Positions 27,450-35,851 of a stretch of DNA of 64,000 nucleotides are shown here, in pieces. The notes beneath the pieces were generated by a model. It was not told where the DNA came from. It did no database searches and saw nothing but the letters and a program-made list of their open reading frames with translations. Both the position numbers and the translations under genes were made by a program. Source of the DNA: a virus. Taxonomy: Duplodnaviria > Caudoviricetes. Positions within the stretch are counted from its first letter, which is position 1; each line of letters begins with the position of its first letter. The stretch lies in IMG/VR virus record IMGVR_UViG_3300020331_000002. One strand, written 5' to 3'.

Positions 27450-28522
27450 ATACGATTTTTATTGTCCCGATTGAGCCTTTAGAAACGCGATACACCGGCG
27501 AGTGGTACGGTCATTTGCCTGCTACCCTTACCCGACAAATCGCCGACAACGAGTCAGAGTACCAAGTTCGAGTTATCGACGGTGATGTTGTGTCACCACG
27601 GCCAAGTCCGGGTGCTTTCTTGGACTTCGCTGCAACCAACATTTACAAGTCATCCCAGCTAATTAGTATAGCAGAGATGTTCCGTGATGGCGAAGTTAAA
27701 CCGGGTGACAAGTTCCTGTTTACTGATTTTTGGAATACGTGCGCTCTACAACTGCGTTATATGAGCGATCTTAACGGTATTCCTGTTGAGATACATGGAT
27801 TAGCGCATGCCGGTAATTATGACCCTAACGACTTCCTAGGGCGCATAAAAGACGGTGACTGGGCTAAGGCTACAGAGCAAGCATTTTATCACGCGTATAC
27901 GAATATCTGGTTTGCGACACACACGCATTTGGATCTATTCAGCGACAACGTGATGGGAAGCGGCTTTGAAGATTCAGCTGACAAGCTACGCATAACTGGC
28001 TGGCCGATGGAATATATGCAATCGATGAATAAGCCGTATATTAAAACGGAAAAGAAAGACATTGTATTATTCCCGCACCGATTAGCGCCAGAAAAACAAC
28101 CCGAAATATTCGACATGCTCGCTGAGCGCATGCCCGAGTATGAATTTATCAAGTGCCAAGACAAAGAACTTACCAAACGCGAGTACCACACTTTGCTCGC
28201 TGAGAGTAAGGTTGTCTTCAGCGCAAACTTACAAGAAACGTTAGGGATTAGTGGGCCCGAAGGAATGTGCTTTGGCGCAATTCCGTTGGTTCCTTTGAGA
28301 CTTAGCTATCTTGAAATGTTCGATCCGGAGTTTACCTATCCTTCGGAATGGACTACCAGCCTTGAAGCTGCCGAAGAACATGCAGACGACTTAGTTGCGT
28401 TGATACGTCACGCGGTGCAGAACTACGGTAATCTTCAAACTAAACTTCAACATAATAAGAATAAGATACTACGCAATTTCTTTTCAGCAGACGCGTTATA
28501 CGCAGAGCTTCTAGATCTCTAA
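27446..28522 (+). CDS. GT-B fold glycosyltransferase
   Basis: FPHRLAPEKQ and QETLGISGPEG..G..P.VP..LSY.E GT4-like motifs; coupled (ATGA overlap) to the QueD-like gene. Confidence 0.8.
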   Translation: MNTIFIVPIEPLETRYTGEWYGHLPATLTRQIADNESEYQVRVIDGDVVSPRPSPGAFLDFAATNIYKSSQLISIAEMFRDGEVKPGDKFLFTDFWNTCALQLRYMSDLNGIPVEIHGLAHAGNYDPNDFLGRIKDGDWAKATEQAFYHAYTNIWFATHTHLDLFSDNVMGSGFEDSADKLRITGWPMEYMQSMNKPYIKTEKKDIVLFPHRLAPEKQPEIFDMLAERMPEYEFIKCQDKELTKREYHTLLAESKVVFSANLQETLGISGPEGMCFGAIPLVPLRLSYLEMFDPEFTYPSEWTTSLEAAEEHADDLVALIRHAVQNYGNLQTKLQHNKNKILRNFFSADALYAELLDL

Positions 28523-28547
28523 GCGCTAGGTATAAAGGGGACGAGAT

Positions 28548-29012
28548 ATGTCAAGTAACAAAAAAATCACTTTATCGGTATTAGTAGAAGACGATAATGG
28601 TACTACCAATGCCAATACAGTGATCACAGAAACAGAAGATATGGGGTACGAAGACATCCACGCCGAACGTGTAGGCCATTTTATGGACTTCATCATTCAG
28701 GTTGCTAGTGTGTCAAATACTGACCCTGAGTACATGGCAGCTATGTTTTCTACTGCTATGATGAGTGTGGCTGAATCATCAACCTCTAACATTAGGTTAG
28801 TGTGCGGTGAAGGAAAATATGTGGATGTTGTTATGGATGAAAGCGATCCAGAGTATGTAATGATTTACTCAGAAGACGCGGTTCCTGCAGACGGTGTTGC
28901 TGAAGGCATGGTACCAGTCGGTATTCAAGGCGAGTATGACGAAGAAGACGAAGGTGTCGACTTAGACGCTGCTGGCCGCGATAGTATCACCCCTCCTCAC
29001 AAGTTACATTGA
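28548..29012 (+). CDS. Acidic hypothetical protein
   Basis: GGGG RBS; D/E-rich. Confidence 0.7.
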   Translation: MSSNKKITLSVLVEDDNGTTNANTVITETEDMGYEDIHAERVGHFMDFIIQVASVSNTDPEYMAAMFSTAMMSVAESSTSNIRLVCGEGKYVDVVMDESDPEYVMIYSEDAVPADGVAEGMVPVGIQGEYDEEDEGVDLDAAGRDSITPPHKLH

Positions 29013-29052
29013 TATAAATAGTCATAAAGAAGGAGTTTCATACTTCTTCTTT
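29013..29052 (+). terminator. TATAAATA followed at once by an 11-bp hairpin terminator
   Basis: aaagaaggagt-ttcat-acttcttcttt. Confidence 0.6.
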
Positions 29053-29054
29053 AC

Positions 29055-29516
29055 TTGACTAATTTATGGATTTACTGTAATATGAATACTAGAAATAAAA
29101 ACTACGTTGACCTTTTTGAAGGAGTCGATAAGAACGAGAATTGGCGCGCACTAAACCAACTTATTGTCGAGGTTGTGGGCGAAGAGTTGACTGAGGGCCA
29201 GATTATCCGTGACTACTTAAGCGAGTCGCTGGGTGTAGAGACCAGACTGTCATGGGTCGTTGAGACCAACCTTAATGCCAAAAAGGCATGTTCACGTTTT
29301 TTATCCGAACTCAAAGAAAGGTGCAAAGTAGAGGGTATGGAGTTGACTGCACATAGTGGTGTTCCTAAAGAAGTCAACTATGTGATGAGCTACCCTAAAG
29401 AAAACGGCGGCGCATTTTGTACGTTGACCTACTTTAGTGACAAAAACCCTATCCCTGTTTGTGGATTTCAATTTAACATAATAGGCAACTTTGCCGAGCC
29501 CGATAATATGGAGTAA
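29055..29516 (+). CDS. Hypothetical protein (start uncertain)
   Basis: The 5' end overlaps a TTGACT-N17-TAATAT promoter-like element. Confidence 0.55.
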   Translation: MTNLWIYCNMNTRNKNYVDLFEGVDKNENWRALNQLIVEVVGEELTEGQIIRDYLSESLGVETRLSWVVETNLNAKKACSRFLSELKERCKVEGMELTAHSGVPKEVNYVMSYPKENGGAFCTLTYFSDKNPIPVCGFQFNIIGNFAEPDNME

Positions 29517-29519
29517 ACA

Positions 29520-30038
29520 ATGACGTCAGCTGCTGAGTTCGAACAGAATCTTCAAATAGGCCAACAGTTCGAAACAGAAGTTGCGGAAAAAGTTATACGT
29601 TCCGTCTTATCTCCGGACGGGTACATAATACCTACCCATAATTGGCAAGTGGATCAAGGAAACAACAGAGGGCCACGTATACTGCTGCCTAGCGGCGGAA
29701 AAGTAACGTTGCCTGATTTCTTTGTGATTGACCCGGTTAACGGCACCAAAACGTTAATTGAAGCCAAATACAAAAAGAAAGCCGCGTATGTAAACGGACA
29801 CGATGGCTACTGTGTAGAACAGTACAAGTGTTGGGATTACCAACGCGCTGCTCGTTTAATGGACGCCTCCTTGTTGTTCTTAATCGGTGACGGTACCACA
29901 CAAGAAGTGCTGTTATACGATCCTTCTGAAACCGACACATATACTACCCATACTTTTAATAACAAGTTTACCAAATTCAAACCAGTTGATAACTGGGTGT
30001 TTCTAAAACACAAAGGAACCAAGGTGGATATCAAATGA
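29520..30038 (+). CDS. PD-(D/E)XK restriction-like nuclease
   Basis: G.QFE helix, LPDF and IEAKYK catalytic motifs. Confidence 0.7.
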   Translation: MTSAAEFEQNLQIGQQFETEVAEKVIRSVLSPDGYIIPTHNWQVDQGNNRGPRILLPSGGKVTLPDFFVIDPVNGTKTLIEAKYKKKAAYVNGHDGYCVEQYKCWDYQRAARLMDASLLFLIGDGTTQEVLLYDPSETDTYTTHTFNNKFTKFKPVDNWVFLKHKGTKVDIK

Positions 30039-30598
30039 AATACGATGGATGCGACACATGCGCTTCGCCTGACGTAACACAGAAAGTTAAACTAACATCT
30101 GCTCGCCGTCGCCTTGACGATGCGCTGATGTATTGTATAGATAATGCCGCTCAAGAAGTAGGCGACGCCCGGTTCGTAGATATAGGTACCTCTATTAGTA
30201 TTGGTAAGTTTTTCAAAAAGCCTTGGACACTCGGCATATGTAAGCGCCGCATATATTTTGACAATCATGTATTGAGACTGGTTATTGCAAACCTCGAACG
30301 TGTTCTTCGTTTCCATGGCGGCGCCCGTGCACTTGCTGACCTGTACTCTGAAGCAGAGCAAAAAGAAGATCCAAAATTAACGCGGCGTCTGCTGCTGTAC
30401 TTCCTTTACTTAGGTTCGCTCGAAGTACCAGTAAGTAGAAAAACTGCTAATCCAAGCCGCTTTGTCAAGTTAGACGTGATGGTCTATAGTCATTTATCCG
30501 GTGCAGACATGTCATCTAATACCGCAGCACTCGCAGTAATTAGTGGTGACTATGAACCTTTAATTGAACGCACAAAATACAAACTAGGTATAGCATGA
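30035..30598 (+). CDS. Hypothetical protein
   Basis: ATGA-coupled ORF. Confidence 0.65.
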   Translation: MKYDGCDTCASPDVTQKVKLTSARRRLDDALMYCIDNAAQEVGDARFVDIGTSISIGKFFKKPWTLGICKRRIYFDNHVLRLVIANLERVLRFHGGARALADLYSEAEQKEDPKLTRRLLLYFLYLGSLEVPVSRKTANPSRFVKLDVMVYSHLSGADMSSNTAALAVISGDYEPLIERTKYKLGIA

Positions 30599-31149
30599 GA
30601 AGAGCAAAGTCTCAACGTGGTTTGGAGTTAATGTCTGGGATAAAGGAGTTGATTCACAATCACCCGGATATAGACATAGTACAAGCGGTTGTACCACCGG
30701 AAATGTGGGTTAAAAACGGCCCAAATGACGAACCAGTTATTGTAGATTGTGTGCTATTCAAACGAGATAGACATTACTCAATCATACCGGTGCCTACATT
30801 AGGTACATTGTTGCATACATCAGCTGCTGGACTTCGCCCCCAGATCCCGGTTGCACCCTTGCGTGGCGTAAAAGACTGGGAACAGAAGTTATTTGATATG
30901 CTCTATAGCGCCAATATGGTAGCCAATGGAAGATATTTCTTTACTAGTGGTCGCAGCTACTGGAGAGTCAAGATGTTAGGCCTTATGTATCGGTGGACAT
31001 TCAAGCGAACGGCCTTTTATGTGACGAATGAAGAAGCGTGTATGAATTCACTGGCAAATGACTGGTCTCAACTTTTGATGAAAAGAATGGAAAAATCAAA
31101 GCCGTTTTTCACATGGGTTAATGTTTCTTTGGATTTGTGCACAACATGA
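30595..31149 (+). CDS. Hypothetical protein
   Basis: Coupled ORF. Confidence 0.65.
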   Translation: MRRAKSQRGLELMSGIKELIHNHPDIDIVQAVVPPEMWVKNGPNDEPVIVDCVLFKRDRHYSIIPVPTLGTLLHTSAAGLRPQIPVAPLRGVKDWEQKLFDMLYSANMVANGRYFFTSGRSYWRVKMLGLMYRWTFKRTAFYVTNEEACMNSLANDWSQLLMKRMEKSKPFFTWVNVSLDLCTT

Positions 31150-31757
31150 TAGCGGAAATTCCTGATTACATTAGTATAACATGTGACTCGTCAGCTGAAC
31201 CGTTTTATATGACTGCCAGGCGAGCATTGCGTAGATTCGTACTACTATACGCTAACCGTATAGATGGTGATATATACGAGGTAATAAAACCAATACCCGT
31301 AGTTGGCGGAACGAGGTATATGACATCGTATGTTAAACCCGTTCATGTTCGTGCCATGAGTTACTTGTTTGCTAAACAGCCACCGGAGGACGGTATATAT
31401 GAAGTAAGCGTGCTGGGACTAATGAGTCTGTATAACGCGGTTGATGCTTCGAATATATCAATGACCCAGTCCCCTAGGCCAGCGATCGTTCCGTCTGATC
31501 TCGAGGATACAGCGAATATCATATACTCGGAATTTTTGACAGACATGTATAATGATCAGAAAGGCGCTTGTTACCAATACGAGGATATGCAGCTAAATCT
31601 TAAAGATCCGGTAAAAAGTGCATGTGATAAAAACCGACTTCGGATGATTTGCATTCATAGCGAAACGTTTAGGACCAGACTTAATGAAATGGGATATATT
31701 CGAATCCAGTCCGGCTCTGAAAAAGATAAAAGAAAACCGGAAAAAGATGTTAGCTGA
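31137..31757 (+). CDS. Hypothetical protein
   Basis: Coupled ORF. Confidence 0.6.
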   Translation: MHNMIAEIPDYISITCDSSAEPFYMTARRALRRFVLLYANRIDGDIYEVIKPIPVVGGTRYMTSYVKPVHVRAMSYLFAKQPPEDGIYEVSVLGLMSLYNAVDASNISMTQSPRPAIVPSDLEDTANIIYSEFLTDMYNDQKGACYQYEDMQLNLKDPVKSACDKNRLRMICIHSETFRTRLNEMGYIRIQSGSEKDKRKPEKDVS

Positions 31758-32238
31758 GATACTAAGATCAAAAGCCGAATGCGAGGTCGGCCATGTAAAT
31801 GAGCCTTCTACCCAGCCGTATATTAAAGATATGCGCGAGCATGCTTGCGTGTATCTTTTTGAAAGTACTTCGATGACCAACCGCATTCTTAATATGTTTA
31901 GAAAAAATAAATGTTGCGAGTATGTGGTTGTTTTTGTTAGTGTATACACCATAACAGGCTTCGTTCGATCGTTTTTGCAAGAGTATTCTTTTAAGAAATC
32001 GTTGAGTGATTACGATGTTGATAAGCTTGTACTGGCACTTGTGGCGTTCAGTGCGCAATATGAAACCATGCGATATTTGCCCAGCATGCCTGACTTGAAC
32101 TCGCCTCGTTTGACGCGCAAGAATGTCCTGCGCGAATACGAAAAAGTAGGTAACGTGGTTAAGATAGATGCAACTGAAATGGCACTAGCAAGGATCGAGG
32201 GCTATACTTACTATCAGCGACTATGGGATAACGTATAA
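31747..32238 (+). CDS. Hypothetical protein
   Basis: Probable start ATG 31747; weak similarity to 30035..30598. Confidence 0.6.
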   Translation: MLAEILRSKAECEVGHVNEPSTQPYIKDMREHACVYLFESTSMTNRILNMFRKNKCCEYVVVFVSVYTITGFVRSFLQEYSFKKSLSDYDVDKLVLALVAFSAQYETMRYLPSMPDLNSPRLTRKNVLREYEKVGNVVKIDATEMALARIEGYTYYQRLWDNV

Positions 32239-32795
32239 TGGCAGAACTAGGCAACACCTGGCAAGGAGGGTACTTGGACCACTTCACCCGCGCTGAAGCA
32301 TATACCAAACGCGTCATACGCGATATAGGCACTGATACTATTTTCCTTGATAGTAAAACGTTCATGATAATCACGCCCGAATTCGTCTTCGTACAAAAGG
32401 CGCACTATCCATGGTACGCAATGCCGTGGCACAAGCCGAAAGTTTATGCAAGTATATGGGATTGTCCTGACACCATCGGCTTGTCGTTTGCATCGGTGTC
32501 ATCTAAGCTAACGATGTCTATGCACATGTCAATGCCATCCACTGATTCATCGAATAGTTTCAACGAGTGGTTTAAGTACGCACGTACTGATACTAAAGAG
32601 TTGAATGACAACATACGGTTCTTTGACAAATTTTTTAAGCTGGCATCGCCTCATTTTAAACGAATGTCTGAATTCGTTCCTCTTACTGAGGAAGAGCAGA
32701 GTATTAATATGCTCTATGCCAGACAAAATGTTCGTCCACCGTGTGTTAGTGAGCTTAGGCCAAAGAAGCGCTGTTGGTACCGGCCTCTAGGATAA
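32238..32795 (+). CDS. Hypothetical protein, paralog of 32808..33368
   Basis: PLTEEEQSINMLYARQ..P.CVS. Confidence 0.7.
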   Translation: MAELGNTWQGGYLDHFTRAEAYTKRVIRDIGTDTIFLDSKTFMIITPEFVFVQKAHYPWYAMPWHKPKVYASIWDCPDTIGLSFASVSSKLTMSMHMSMPSTDSSNSFNEWFKYARTDTKELNDNIRFFDKFFKLASPHFKRMSEFVPLTEEEQSINMLYARQNVRPPCVSELRPKKRCWYRPLG

Positions 32796-32807
32796 CAGGA
32801 TAATATA

Positions 32808-33368
32808 ATGACTCTTGCAAGTTCGATAGATTTGAATAACGTTCTTGGACACGGCGACGTGATGTACGGCGCTGAGATGGATACTCAATGGGCACTTGCC
32901 GATGCAATGAACCGGCCAATATTTCTCAACGAAGTGACGTTTGTGTTCTTTCATGAGGCTGGCGTGTTCATGCAGTACCGTCACGATAGATGGTTTACTA
33001 ACTCGTTTAATAGAGCGAAAGTGTATGCGGCCAGCTATACGGTAGACGACCCGCAGAACCCTCGGCCTGTGAATCTACCCGAAGCAACGTCATACGAGAT
33101 GTCGGATATGACTAGGCAGTTAGACATCAGAAGAATGTTCCTTCGCAGGTCTGAGTTTGCTGAAAGGTGGCGCATACACTTTTTCGACAGACCGGTAGAG
33201 CTTGACAAAGAAGTTAACTTTTTCAACCGCATATTTTTATCCTTGCTGCCTAGATGCGAACTAACGTCTGACCTTCAGCCCCTTACCGAGACAGAGCAAG
33301 CACAAAATGTCTTTTACGCCAAACAGCACTGTGTACCTAGTATAGTGAGTGGTTATGATCGAACATGA
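32808..33368 (+). CDS. Hypothetical protein, paralog of 32238..32795
   Basis: PLTETEQAQNVFYAKQ..P.IVS. Confidence 0.7.
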   Translation: MTLASSIDLNNVLGHGDVMYGAEMDTQWALADAMNRPIFLNEVTFVFFHEAGVFMQYRHDRWFTNSFNRAKVYAASYTVDDPQNPRPVNLPEATSYEMSDMTRQLDIRRMFLRRSEFAERWRIHFFDRPVELDKEVNFFNRIFLSLLPRCELTSDLQPLTETEQAQNVFYAKQHCVPSIVSGYDRT

Positions 33369-33984
33369 TGAGATTTACCTTTCTAACGGATATTTGGAAG
33401 AAGATCCGGGAAACAAGTACAAGTTCTTAGTGCCGTCACCGTATTATACGAGTGGTAGAGAAAAGAACTTTGCATTACTAGGATCCAACGACAGAGAACT
33501 TATTAACCCGAGCAACGGCGACGAGTTTCTTTCTGAGTATAAAATACTAAGCGTTGCTGAGTTTGAGGACGAAGATGGTGACAACGGCTATGTGCCGTAT
33601 ACTGTGATGCTGTACTCAGTCAAGGACACTATCGCAGAAAAGTCTGTATCGAATATGCTTGGTCCGGGCTATTCCCCTGACTTGTTTACAGAGTTTACTA
33701 GGTTAGGCCGTCGCAACCTTTATCCGATTTATGCCTGGGCGCTTTTTAATGATCAGATGCCTGAAGCCAAACGAATAATTGAAATGGTGGAAAGGAAGGA
33801 AATTAACGACGAATTTTTTGACTTTATTGCACAAACGGTATTGACTTTTAACAATAATAAGTTATTATCGTATGAAGAACTACAAACCGCGACATCGGTA
33901 CTCTGCACGTTTGGCACATCACCGGATGTACTAGAGATGCCGAACCAAGTTATACAAAGGGTAAGCAATGTCTTCACGGAGTAA
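33349..33984 (+). CDS. Hypothetical protein
   Basis: Overlapping, coupled ORF. Confidence 0.65.
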   Translation: MVMIEHDEIYLSNGYLEEDPGNKYKFLVPSPYYTSGREKNFALLGSNDRELINPSNGDEFLSEYKILSVAEFEDEDGDNGYVPYTVMLYSVKDTIAEKSVSNMLGPGYSPDLFTEFTRLGRRNLYPIYAWALFNDQMPEAKRIIEMVERKEINDEFFDFIAQTVLTFNNNKLLSYEELQTATSVLCTFGTSPDVLEMPNQVIQRVSNVFTE

Positions 33985-34702
33985 TATCAAACTGATGCGA
34001 CTAGAACAGGCAAGAACAGGCATGCGTAAGATCCAGGCCGACGCGAAGGAGTTGTTAGGCGGACTCGAGCCTTTTAAAGATTACTATGAGTTTTTTGATT
34101 ACTGGCAATCAATACTTCCGACTGTGCGCACCCTTGCTCTACGACACGCTGCTTATTACCTTTATACAGCTGGCCGCCCGCATTGTGCGCTTAACTGTGT
34201 TGACGATATTATATCCGATCACTATAAAGTAAAAATATCCACATTGAACCGGGTATCATCAAACACAGTCGCGGTAACTACCTCGTCAACCCTAACTGAA
34301 ATTAGCCTTAAAGTCAAAATATCCGATAAACACGATAACAGTGATCTCTTTAACGGGTTGGGCATGTATGGCTATGTACCTGTATTGAAAGCCATGTTCG
34401 GTGAGCTAGGTGATATTGGGCGCTACGGGAACAATGGGGTGGTAGTTACGTTAAATATAGATAAGGATAACCCGATAACCGGCCACGTAGTAGCCATGTC
34501 GGATGACTTTTTTGCTAACAACCTGCTAAATGTAGCGATGGAAAAATTACAAGGGGTCTCTGACAGTCGTCAATTGCGTGAACGACTCGGAATCCCGGCA
34601 AGCACTTCCCGACGACTATACCCGTGGGGAGAAGAATTCAGTTCGAGCATAACTCGCCCGGACGGATACGTCGAAGAGACGCCAACCTATAAGTTGGTTT
34701 AA
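33968..34702 (+). CDS. Hypothetical protein
   Basis: Overlapping, coupled ORF. Confidence 0.65.
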   Translation: MSSRSNIKLMRLEQARTGMRKIQADAKELLGGLEPFKDYYEFFDYWQSILPTVRTLALRHAAYYLYTAGRPHCALNCVDDIISDHYKVKISTLNRVSSNTVAVTTSSTLTEISLKVKISDKHDNSDLFNGLGMYGYVPVLKAMFGELGDIGRYGNNGVVVTLNIDKDNPITGHVVAMSDDFFANNLLNVAMEKLQGVSDSRQLRERLGIPASTSRRLYPWGEEFSSSITRPDGYVEETPTYKLV

Positions 34703-34717
34703 TTAAAACAAAAACCT

Positions 34718-34731
34718 ATCCGTGGAGGATA
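34718..34731 (+). promoter_or_regulatory. ATCCGTGGAGGATA element, copy 1 (includes the SD)
   Basis: Identical 14-mer at 35836-35849. Confidence 0.7.
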
Positions 34732-34733
34732 TA

Positions 34734-35789
34734 ATGTCAAGTAAAAAACACAAGTTAGCTGTCGTAATTGGCCGCTTTCAACTGTTCACCCAATCTCATA
34801 TGGCAATGATTGAAGAAGCTTTGGATGTAGCGGATAACGTCATCGTATTAGTTGGGTCCATCAACCGATCCCAAAGTTTGTCTAACCCGTTTAATTACGA
34901 AGAACGCAGAGAAATGATCCGTAAGTCTTTACGAGGTGATTCACTCTACCGTGTCGAAATTAAAGGTGTGAATGACTACATGTACGTAGAGTATGACTGG
35001 GAGTCTGAAGTTCAACGCGTTGTCCACGAGCATGCTCAACGATTACGTATTACGTCGAACAAAGACATTGTCCTTGTGGGTCATATCAAAGATAATACAA
35101 GTTACTACCTGCGCTCGTTCCCTACATGGGATATGCATGATGTCAGTCTTCTTAATAACGGTGAAAATGCTACCGAGCATCGCAACCGTTACTTTAAAGA
35201 AGGCGTGGTAAGTGATTCACTGCCAAGCGGCACGGTCGGCTTTTTGGAAGAGTACAAAGATGGTGAAGGGTTTGAATGGATGCAAGGTCACATCGCTGGC
35301 ATTGAAGAATTTCAAGCACCGTATAAGGACTTGCCTTATGGTATGACATTCCAGACAGGTGACGCGCTAGTAATCAACCGCGGACACATTTTAATGGTAG
35401 AACGCGGTCAACATCCGGGCTATGGTCAATGGGCTTTGCCGGGAGGCTTTAAGCACCCTGGTGAATGGGCACGGGATTGCATTTTGCGTGAGTTGGAAGA
35501 AGAGACTCTAATAAAAGTAGGTCCTAAGGCGCTGAAAGGCGCGTATAAAGGCAAGCGGTTTTTTGAAGGCCCTGGACGTGACGATCGTGGTGACTTAAGT
35601 ACCCATGTTGGTTTGTTCATCCTAGACGAAGACAAGCTGCCAAAAGTGAAAGGTGCCGACGATGCCAAAAAAGCTCGCTGGATACCTTTCGCGCAATATC
35701 GAAGAATGAGCAAAGTCTTGTTCGCTGACCACTATTTCATTATCGATCAGATGTTGAAGAGCGGTTACGGTACAGGCTTTACTTTATAG
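34734..35789 (+). CDS. nadM: Bifunctional NMN adenylyltransferase / Nudix hydrolase (NadM-Nudix, NatV-like)
   Basis: GRFQLFTQSH, LVGS, NPF.YEER, LVGH.KD.TSYYL.SFP; Nudix box GGF..PGE.......RELEEET; FADHY.II. Confidence 0.93.
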   Translation: MSSKKHKLAVVIGRFQLFTQSHMAMIEEALDVADNVIVLVGSINRSQSLSNPFNYEERREMIRKSLRGDSLYRVEIKGVNDYMYVEYDWESEVQRVVHEHAQRLRITSNKDIVLVGHIKDNTSYYLRSFPTWDMHDVSLLNNGENATEHRNRYFKEGVVSDSLPSGTVGFLEEYKDGEGFEWMQGHIAGIEEFQAPYKDLPYGMTFQTGDALVINRGHILMVERGQHPGYGQWALPGGFKHPGEWARDCILRELEEETLIKVGPKALKGAYKGKRFFEGPGRDDRGDLSTHVGLFILDEDKLPKVKGADDAKKARWIPFAQYRRMSKVLFADHYFIIDQMLKSGYGTGFTL

Positions 35790-35835
35790 GCGCAGAGCCG
35801 GGGCATGGTGCCCTTAATTTAAGAAAACAACAACG

Positions 35836-35849
35836 ATCCGTGGAGGATA
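35836..35849 (+). promoter_or_regulatory. ATCCGTGGAGGATA element, copy 2 (includes the SD)
   Basis: Identical to 34718-34731. Confidence 0.7.
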
Positions 35850-35851
35850 CT

